Source of the DNA: Nitrospinales bacterium
GTDB taxonomy: Bacteria > Nitrospinota > Nitrospinia > Nitrospinales > VA-1
Assembly (NCBI GenBank): GCA_965223795.1
Contig: CBDCXL010000002.1
Span: forward strand, 2,528,001-2,592,000
Direction: 5' to 3'
Length of the DNA stretch: 64,000 nucleotides
Shown here: positions 57,459 to 64,000 of the stretch, piece after piece
Layout of the letters: every line of letters starts with the position of its first letter
Position numbering within the stretch: position 1 is the stretch's first letter
The notes under the pieces: model-generated
Told to the model about the DNA's origin: nothing
The model's database searches: none
The model's input: the letters and a program-made list of their open reading frames with translations, nothing else
Translations under genes and position numbers: made by a program

Positions 57459-57701
57459 CTAAATGCCGACGATGCCGGAGTCCTCGTCGAGAAAGAAGCT
57501 GGATCCATCGGGACCGCGGTAGGCGATCTCCTTCACTTCCCACAGATGCTTTTTCTTCACATCCGCTTCGGCGGCGTGGAACCGTCCTTTGTCCTCGCGC
57601 TGCAGGAGAAGGAATTTGTTGTCGTTGTTGGAGACGATGTCCCAGGTGTGGTACTCGCTTTGAACCTTGCCTTTTTCAAAATCGATGTCGATGATGTTCA
57701 T
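57459..57701 (-). CDS. Hypothetical protein (80 aa)
   Basis: ORF 26 nt after ctpA on the same strand; host-like codons. Confidence 0.65.
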   Translation of the reverse strand: MNIIDIDFEKGKVQSEYHTWDIVSNNDNKFLLLQREDKGRFHAAEADVKKKHLWEVKEIAYRGPDGSSFFLDEDSGIVGI

Positions 57702-57727
57702 GCTGCCTGCCGCGGAGTGAGAAATAT

Positions 57728-59293
57728 TCAGTAGTGGATGTTGGCCGCGATGTCGCGGGCTTTTTTGAGCGTCTGTTTCTTGTTGGCGATGGTCAGGTTT
57801 TTCAGAACGATGTGGGCGAACTGCAGGCTGGAGTCGATCTCCTTGTCCTTCGCGGCGCCGCTTTCGAGCAGGTATTTTTCCAGTTCCGCGGTCTCGAGGT
57901 GGACGGACGGCGACTGAAAATTGCGGCTTTTTTTCACGCCCAGCGTGTCCTTGCGTTCCTCCGGGGTCAGCTCCTTGACGATCTTGATTTCCGGAACGAT
58001 GCCGTGCTCGGTGATGTCGATGCCCGAGGGGGTGAAGTATTTCGACGTGGTGAGCCTGAGCCCGGAACCGTCGCTGATGCGGAAAATCGTCTGCACGGAG
58101 CCCTTGCCGTAGGAGTTCTCGCCGATGATCAGGGCCTTGCCGGAATCGCGCATCGCCCCGGCGACGATTTCCGACGCGCTGGCGCTGTGCCGGTTGATGA
58201 GCACCACCACCGGCATGTGCAACAGGCTGTTGCGGTACTGCGCCCGGTATTCCTTATAGTCGCTCTTGCGCCGGCCCTGGGTGTAGACGATCATGCGGCC
58301 GCGGAAAAGGAAATGGCTGGCGACTTTGACGGACTGGTTCAACAGCCCGCCGGGGTTGTCCCTGAGATCGATGATGAACGCCTTGACGCCGTCGCGTTTC
58401 GCCTGCGCCAGACCTTCCTTGAGCTGATCGTTGGTCTGCTTGGAGAAACTTGAGATTTTGAGATAGCCGATTCTGTCCTTGCGGGTCTCGTAGGTCACCG
58501 TCTCGATGGCGATGATCTCGCGGGTGAGGCTGTACGTCTTGTCCTTGTTGCTGCTGGGACGCGAGAGGGTGACCGACACCTTGGTGTTCGGATAACCGCG
58601 CAGCATTTCGGCCAGGTCGTGGATCTGCAGGCCGGATACGTCCTTTCCGTTCACTTTCAGGAACACGTCGTCGGGAAGGATGCCGGCGCGCCGGGCGGGC
58701 CCGTTTCGCATGGTTTTCACCACCATGAGCTTTTTGTCCTTCATGGTGACGATCATTCCCAGCCCGCCGTATTTTCCTTCGGTGTCGCGCATGGACTTGT
58801 CGAACGCGGATTTATCCAGGTACTGGGAATAGGGGTCCAGCGAATTCATGATGCCGATGATGGCGGCGGTTTCCAGGTCCTGTTTGGAGTGCTTGCCCCG
58901 GGATTCCTCGAGCAGGAAATAATAGACCTTTTTGAACGAGGACATGTCGTGCGCCGGGTCGTAGTTGAGGTCGTAGCTCACTTCCAGCTTGGTGCCCTTG
59001 ATGGACTGGCCCAGCGAGGTTTTTTTCACCACCAGGCTGTCGCGGCCGATCATGGTCAGCATCTCGTCGATCGCCGCGGCGAACAGCTTTTTATAATCGG
59101 GAGGATAGACGTATTTTTCCGCGATCAGGTCCACCACCTCGTCGAACAGTTCGAGGTCGTCGTTGAAAAATCCGGCGTGCGCCTTGGGCACCCACGGATT
59201 GTCGGACTTGAGGACGGTGGGCGAGAACAGCAGAATGCCTGCAAAAACGACCGCTACGAGGGAGATCCAACCTTTGGACTGGAATTTCGGCAT
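57728..59293 (-). CDS. ctpA: S41 family C-terminal processing protease (PDZ)
   Basis: LDPYS.YL, G.YGGLG, DLR.NPGGLL, SASASEIVAG, GKGSVQ. Confidence 0.93.
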   Translation of the reverse strand: MPKFQSKGWISLVAVVFAGILLFSPTVLKSDNPWVPKAHAGFFNDDLELFDEVVDLIAEKYVYPPDYKKLFAAAIDEMLTMIGRDSLVVKKTSLGQSIKGTKLEVSYDLNYDPAHDMSSFKKVYYFLLEESRGKHSKQDLETAAIIGIMNSLDPYSQYLDKSAFDKSMRDTEGKYGGLGMIVTMKDKKLMVVKTMRNGPARRAGILPDDVFLKVNGKDVSGLQIHDLAEMLRGYPNTKVSVTLSRPSSNKDKTYSLTREIIAIETVTYETRKDRIGYLKISSFSKQTNDQLKEGLAQAKRDGVKAFIIDLRDNPGGLLNQSVKVASHFLFRGRMIVYTQGRRKSDYKEYRAQYRNSLLHMPVVVLINRHSASASEIVAGAMRDSGKALIIGENSYGKGSVQTIFRISDGSGLRLTTSKYFTPSGIDITEHGIVPEIKIVKELTPEERKDTLGVKKSRNFQSPSVHLETAELEKYLLESGAAKDKEIDSSLQFAHIVLKNLTIANKKQTLKKARDIAANIHY

Positions 59294-59376
59294 CAAATTT
59301 TATCCCCAATGGTATCGAATTGAGACAGCATGCTCAGGTGTGCATGTAATCCTGGTGTCGCTTGGTCTGGATACGA

Positions 59377-60000
59377 TTATCCATTATAGCCTAAAACGTC
59401 TTGAAAAATAAGGTCTAAATTATCCGTCATCTTGTCCACGTCGCCGGCGGTGAGACTCGGGGCCACTTTGAGCACATCGTTGATGATGATGGTCGGCGTT
59501 TCGTTGGCCTTGTACTGTTTCGCCAGATCCAGTGCTTTTTGCACTTTGGCCTGGATCTTGGGCGACTGCATGCCGTCCTGCATTTCCTGGCTGACGCCGT
59601 GATCCTTGGCCAGAAAACGGATGACCTTGGGCTGGAAGATGTTGATGTTCAACTTGAAGTTGGTGTCGAACAGCTCCTGGGTGAACTTTTCCTCGATGCC
59701 GAGCCCGTCCGCGATGTAAAACGCCTGGGCCGGGTAGGGGGTCTGGTTGCCCCAGTAGATGGGGTACTTTTTGTGGTGGAGCTTGTCCTTGTATTTTTCG
59801 TGCAGCCGTTTGGAAGCTTCCAGGAAGCGGTAGCAGTGGCCGCAAGAATAATTGAAAAATTCGAGCATTTCAATGGTTTTGGCGCCCTTTAACGACTTAA
59901 TGTCGCCGATCAGCTCGTATTTTCCCCGGATCTTGTCTCCGGCGGCGGCAACGGCCGGAAACAACAGGGCGAGCATGAGGAGGGTCAGAAACGGTTTCAT
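59377..60000 (-). CDS. DsbA-like thiol:disulfide oxidoreductase
   Basis: Signal peptide; EFFNYSCGHCY; cis-Pro loop ETPTIIIN. Confidence 0.88.
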   Translation of the reverse strand: MKPFLTLLMLALLFPAVAAAGDKIRGKYELIGDIKSLKGAKTIEMLEFFNYSCGHCYRFLEASKRLHEKYKDKLHHKKYPIYWGNQTPYPAQAFYIADGLGIEEKFTQELFDTNFKLNINIFQPKVIRFLAKDHGVSQEMQDGMQSPKIQAKVQKALDLAKQYKANETPTIIINDVLKVAPSLTAGDVDKMTDNLDLIFQDVLGYNG

Positions 60001-60069
60001 GAGATTCTCCTGATTCGCGTGACGATGTTTATCCCCAGAAAGCCAGCCCGGCTTCGGTGCCTTCCGCCG

Positions 60070-61422
60070 TCAGTGCCGGATTTTCGGCCAGTAGGTGGAA
60101 TAGTTGAAATTGGGGCTGTGGTTCTTGACATGGCATTTTTTGCAGGCCTGTTTCGCGTCCGGGCCGAACCCTTTGGACGGGGCCTGGGAATGCTTGAGCG
60201 CCGGTCCGTGGCAGACTTCGCACTGAACGTTTTTCAGCTCGGCCGTGTCGATCTCGCTGATGAACCCGCCTTCGTCGTTGAACCCGGTGACATGGCAGAC
60301 CAGGCATTCCGGATCGAAGGCCTTGTTGATTTTATCCAGTGTCGCGTAGGCGTGTCCGTGACGGGATTCGCTCCAGATCCTGTGCTGGTCCGGATGGCAG
60401 GTCTGACACACTTTCTCGGTGGCGTAGATTTTCTTTTTGTCTTTGTTTCTCCGGGCCTTCAAGGATTCGAAAAACAGCGCTTCGACTTCCTGATTGTATT
60501 GTTCGTATAACTTTACCATTTCCGAATCGAATGGGATACTGGAATCCAGCCGCACCATTTTCTGCTCGAAAGACAGCTTCCCGTCCGCGCCGATCGCCAC
60601 TTTGAGCTCGCCCATTTTCTGGCCGCGCGGACCCGGCTGCACCAGGATTTTTTCTCCCCGGATCTCCGGGGTCATGTCGATCTGGTCGGTATCCTTTTCG
60701 ATATGGCCGTTCACCACCACGTCCACGCCCGCAATGTCCAGGTAGGCGCGGGCGTTTTCCCGGCTCATGTGGGTCAGCAGCACGATCAGATCCGGCTTTT
60801 CCTTCTTTTCGATTTCCTCGACCAGCGTTTTCACGGTGCCCTGGGGGCTCTGCACCTGGCCGCCGGAATGGTGCGCGCTGTAGTAGATCGTTGGATCGGC
60901 GACGGCGAGCACCGCGGCGCTGCGTCCGTTAGCAAACCGCTTGATGCGGTACTGCGGCAGAGACAGCGGCTCGAGCTTGAAGTTGCTCAAAAGCCAGGGA
61001 ATGCCCTCGGCGTTTTCGATCAGCTCGTTGCCGTAGACAAAATCGTGCTCGCCCAGGGCCACAGCGTCGTATTGCATCTTCTTCATGGCCTGGATGAGGA
61101 ATTTGGCCTTGAGGACGCCCTGGCGGGTCGGTTCCTTGAAATTGTCGCCCGTGTCCACGACGAGCAGGTTTTCGGCGCGGGTGCGGACGTCTTTGAAGTA
61201 GCTCATGCGGCGCTCGAAGCCGCCCTGGTCTTCCTCCTTGGCGCAGCCGCAGGGCTTGAGCTCGCCCAGGGTGTTGCCGGAATAGACGATCCAGATTTCC
61301 GCGGGACCTTTATTAGCAGCAGGCGCGGGTTTGTCCGTCGCGGAAGAAAGCGTCATCTTCCCGGATGTGCAGCCCAGGACGATGCAAACGGCCAGGATCC
61401 AGGCGCTGAGTGATTTCGACAT
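60070..61422 (-). CDS. Lipoprotein: UshA/5'-nucleotidase-like domain fused to tetraheme cytochrome c (c554-like)
   Basis: Lipobox VLGC; GELKPCGC, GG..RR, VDTGD, ALGEHD, LLTH, NGH; CQTCH, CLVCH, CEVCH, CKKCH. Confidence 0.88.
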   Translation of the reverse strand: MSKSLSAWILAVCIVLGCTSGKMTLSSATDKPAPAANKGPAEIWIVYSGNTLGELKPCGCAKEEDQGGFERRMSYFKDVRTRAENLLVVDTGDNFKEPTRQGVLKAKFLIQAMKKMQYDAVALGEHDFVYGNELIENAEGIPWLLSNFKLEPLSLPQYRIKRFANGRSAAVLAVADPTIYYSAHHSGGQVQSPQGTVKTLVEEIEKKEKPDLIVLLTHMSRENARAYLDIAGVDVVVNGHIEKDTDQIDMTPEIRGEKILVQPGPRGQKMGELKVAIGADGKLSFEQKMVRLDSSIPFDSEMVKLYEQYNQEVEALFFESLKARRNKDKKKIYATEKVCQTCHPDQHRIWSESRHGHAYATLDKINKAFDPECLVCHVTGFNDEGGFISEIDTAELKNVQCEVCHGPALKHSQAPSKGFGPDAKQACKKCHVKNHSPNFNYSTYWPKIRH

Positions 61423-61784
61423 GCTTAACTACCAGAAGCGGGAGCGCCGCGAACGGCGCCCGCCGGGTGAACGGGGAAGGTTTCCAACGGGTCCCCGGTT
61501 GCATCGGGGTGTCTTAAGATTAACTAAAATAACGCGTCAACGCAACCGGGCCGGCGCATTCCGCGAAACCGCAACACGACTCAGTATGGACAGTCCGGGC
61601 GCGATTGCGGACCGCTTGCGGGAAGCGGGTCCGCTGCCTGGCTTCGAGCGCTGCGGCGGGGCGCGGGAATGCAGCGAAAACGGCTGTCCGAAAGCCTTTC
61701 ATCCCGTTGCCGGGAAGGGTCTGTGCTATGAATTTCCGGTAAAGCGGAGTATCATATAAGTTTGCTCCCATGTGACCGAAAGTC

Positions 61785-62681
61785 ATGAGAAAATCCGAAA
61801 TCCACATGCATTCCACCTATTCCGACGGCGAATACACGCCTCCGGAACTGGTGCGCATCGGCGTGGAGAACGGGGTGTCCATCCTGTCCCTCACCGACCA
61901 CGACACGTTCGAGGGGATCGCGGAATTCCTCGACGCCGCTAAAGACACCGGCATCCACGCGTTTCCGGGAATCGAGATCACCACCCGGTACCGCGACCGC
62001 AACCTGCACCTTTTAGGCTACTTCGAATCCCTGGAAGTGATCGACCCGGAGCTCAGGACGCAGGTTGCCGAAATGTCGGGAAAACGCGAGACGCGCATGC
62101 GGCAGATGGTGGAGAAGATCAACGGCGTGGTGCCGGAAAAATTCCAAGGGGCGATCCTGTTCGAAAACGTCCGCAAAGCGGCGGAAGGGGTGCTCGCCCG
62201 GCCGCACCTGGCGCGCGAGATGGTGCGGCTCGGCATCGTGTCCTCGACCGGCGAAGCGTTTGAAAAATACCTGGTGCAGTACAACGTCGAGCGGGAGAAC
62301 CTCGGCATCGAGACCGTCATCCGCCTCATCCGGCGCTCGGGCGGCGTGCCGGTGCTGGCGCATCCGGGAGAGCGCACCTACTCGCTGGTCAACCCGGCGA
62401 AGGGGCGCAGGTACGAGGACGTTCCGGAGCAGCTCGAAGAGTTGAAATCCTACGGCCTGCTGGGCCTCGAATGCGTGTATCCCTACCACGAGAAGATCAA
62501 CCGCGTGCGCTATTACATCGACCTCGCCGAAGAGATGGACCTCATCGTCACCGGCAGCCGCGACTTCCACGGCTTCACCACCTTTCAGCAGCCCGCTTTG
62601 CTCGGGACCACCCCGCTGGACGACGGGTTTTTCGACCGTTTTCAGGAAGTGTGGGCGCAGGCCGGCACCCTTTCCAACTGA
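61785..62681 (+). CDS. PHP domain protein (TrpH/YciV-like)
   Basis: HMHS..SDG, LTDHDT, GIEI, HLLGY, RPHLA, LAHP, TGS.DFHG. Confidence 0.92.
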   Translation: MRKSEIHMHSTYSDGEYTPPELVRIGVENGVSILSLTDHDTFEGIAEFLDAAKDTGIHAFPGIEITTRYRDRNLHLLGYFESLEVIDPELRTQVAEMSGKRETRMRQMVEKINGVVPEKFQGAILFENVRKAAEGVLARPHLAREMVRLGIVSSTGEAFEKYLVQYNVERENLGIETVIRLIRRSGGVPVLAHPGERTYSLVNPAKGRRYEDVPEQLEELKSYGLLGLECVYPYHEKINRVRYYIDLAEEMDLIVTGSRDFHGFTTFQQPALLGTTPLDDGFFDRFQEVWAQAGTLSN

Positions 62682-62809
62682 AGCGGGCAGCCAATACAGC
62701 TACAAACCGCCACCTTGAGTTCTTCTTTCTCCTAATTAAGGTAAATAAAAAAAATCCCTCAAGCCACCTTCTTTAGTTTTTTGAAAAGCGAGTGCCAAGC
62801 TATGCTTGG

Positions 62810-62893
62810 CCTCTCCTGGAAGAGAGGGTGGGGTGAGGGGGATGAAGAAATCACCAATCCTTTTTTCATGCTTCGACAGGCTCAGCATGACAG
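62810..62893. repeat. Family C plus family D elements between convergent genes
   Basis: CCTCTCCTGGAAGAGAGGGTGGGGTGAGGGGG (62810-62841); TCATGCT-TCGACAGGCTC-AGCATGA-CAG (62866-62893). Confidence 0.85.
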
Positions 62894-62921
62894 GGAACCC
62901 GCATTTTGCCTTGCCGTTGCC

Positions 62922-63572
62922 TCAAGGCGTGGCGCGAAACAGCCTGAACATGCGCAGCGCTTCTTTTTTGTTGCCCTCCACGCGCACCGCGCCGGAAGCG
63001 ATGGCGTCGCGCGGGTCGAGCTGGCCCATACCGAGTCGGGAGAGCACCGCGCCGTAGGTGGCGAGCCGCGCCACCGGGTCGGACGCCGGGCCCAGATCGA
63101 TGTCGAGCCTGCCGTCGTCCACGCGGATGGCGAACAGGGTTCCGTCCACTTTCAATTCATAATCCGCTTTCACGCCCTTTGCCTTGTCCGGCAGAAACGC
63201 CGCCTTCATCGCGACCAGATCCCAGTGCGGCCTGGAAATCTCTTTGGGTTTTTTCAGGCCGAGAAACCGGAACCCCCATTTCACCAGTTCCAGAACGGCG
63301 GGCTCCAGCGTCTGGCCCAGAGCCGAGAGCCGGTACACCGTCGCGCCCGCGGGCGGCGGCAGGTCGCCTTTCAGGATCACGCCCGCGGCCTCCAGCTCCT
63401 TGAGCCTTGCCGACAACAGGTTGGTTCCCATGGACGGCAGTCCGTCGAGCAGGTCCTTGAAGCGCTTGGGCCCGGTCAGCAGTTCGCGGACCAGAAGCAG
63501 GGACCAGCGCTCGCCGATGATATCCAGAGCCCTTGCCAGCGCGCAATGCTGGTTGTAGCTGCGTTTCGCCAT
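62922..63572 (-). CDS. HxlR family transcriptional regulator with C-terminal SCP2-like domain
   Basis: Y.Q.C.LARALD.IGERW.LL..RELL.GP.RF..L, L..RL.ELE; C-terminal A..SG.VRVEG. Confidence 0.9.
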   Translation of the reverse strand: MAKRSYNQHCALARALDIIGERWSLLLVRELLTGPKRFKDLLDGLPSMGTNLLSARLKELEAAGVILKGDLPPPAGATVYRLSALGQTLEPAVLELVKWGFRFLGLKKPKEISRPHWDLVAMKAAFLPDKAKGVKADYELKVDGTLFAIRVDDGRLDIDLGPASDPVARLATYGAVLSRLGMGQLDPRDAIASGAVRVEGNKKEALRMFRLFRATP

Positions 63573-63594
63573 CGCCATCTCCGTTAAAAAACGC

Positions 63595-63655
63595 TTGACG
63601 CCCTTCCATTGTAGCTATATATATTTAAAATATAAACTATATATTTTTAAAGTAT
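63595..63655. promoter_or_regulatory. Divergent promoter with tandem AT-rich operator-like repeats
   Basis: TTGACG at 63595; CTATATATATTTAAAATAT (63615-63633) and CTATATATTTTTAAAGTAT (63637-63655). Confidence 0.55.
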
Positions 63656-63668
63656 TGGGAGGTTCGCC

Positions 63669-64000
63669 ATGCAAACGCATTCGAAGCAGGAGCGCGTCCT
63701 GCGCACCGCACTGGGCGCAAACGCTGTGTTTTCGGGATTTTCCGGGCTCGCGCTGGCGGCGGGACATCCGTACCTCGCCCACTGGATGGGGCTTTCCTGG
63801 CCGTTGGCGCTGATGGGAATCGGGCTGGGGCTCATCCTGTTCGCGGGCCACATCATTTATCTGTTGCACCGTCCGGCGATCGAGCGCGGGGCGGCGGCCT
63901 GGATCGTCGTCGGCGATCTGTCCTGGGTGGCCGCGAGCGCCGCGCTCTTGTGGATGGTTCCGCACTGGTTCAACGGCGCGGGCAGGATCGCGGTGGTGAG
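63669..64000 (+). CDS. Integral membrane protein, 5' part (runs off window)
   Basis: GGAGG RBS; MQTHSKQERVLRTALGANAVFSGFSGLALAAG..., several TMs, open to the window end. Confidence 0.8.
   Translation, partial: MQTHSKQERVLRTALGANAVFSGFSGLALAAGHPYLAHWMGLSWPLALMGIGLGLILFAGHIIYLLHRPAIERGAAAWIVVGDLSWVAASAALLWMVPHWFNGAGRIAVV

Noticed and set aside
61240..61260. Selenocysteine recoding in the UshA-like gene
   Set aside because: Both Cys codons of CGC are TGC and there is no in-frame TGA
1..64000. tRNA, rRNA, prophage, IS or defence system genes
   Set aside because: No cloverleaf or rRNA-like segments and no integrase, transposase, phage structural or recognised defence proteins seen

Overview
A GC-rich bacterial chromosomal segment that is mostly housekeeping and cell-envelope genes: plsY (partial), an RpoD/RpoS-type sigma factor, bamD, exbB/exbD-like, gltX, recG, relA/spoT, rpmB, flgM, mrp/apbC, a DHH-CBS tRNA nucleotidyltransferase, ctpA, several peptidases, DsbA/DsbD/DCC thiol-redox proteins and a NarL-type two-component pair. 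Gene content and style suggest a Nitrospina-like (Nitrospinota) organism; that is inference, not proven. I found no rRNA, tRNA, CRISPR array, integrase or transposase. The most notable non-routine signals are: (1) four short intergenic repeat families, one with compensatory stem changes between copies, stacked just after gene 3' ends at 7 loci, six elements tiled at 17828-18137, and bordering both AT-rich foreign-looking gene blocks; (2) four membrane micro-proteins (34-59 aa) missed by the ORF track, beside DUF420 and HmuY genes; (3) a candidate small RNA or leader with an anti-Shine-Dalgarno motif, downstream of 11-bp phased repeats and upstream of a 51-aa ORF; (4) two paralogous secreted proteins with beta/gamma-crystallin-like motifs; (5) a eukaryote-type GCC2/GCC3 cysteine-rich secreted protein; (6) a UshA-like CGC domain fused to a tetraheme cytochrome c. 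All family calls come from motif recognition by eye; no searches were run.
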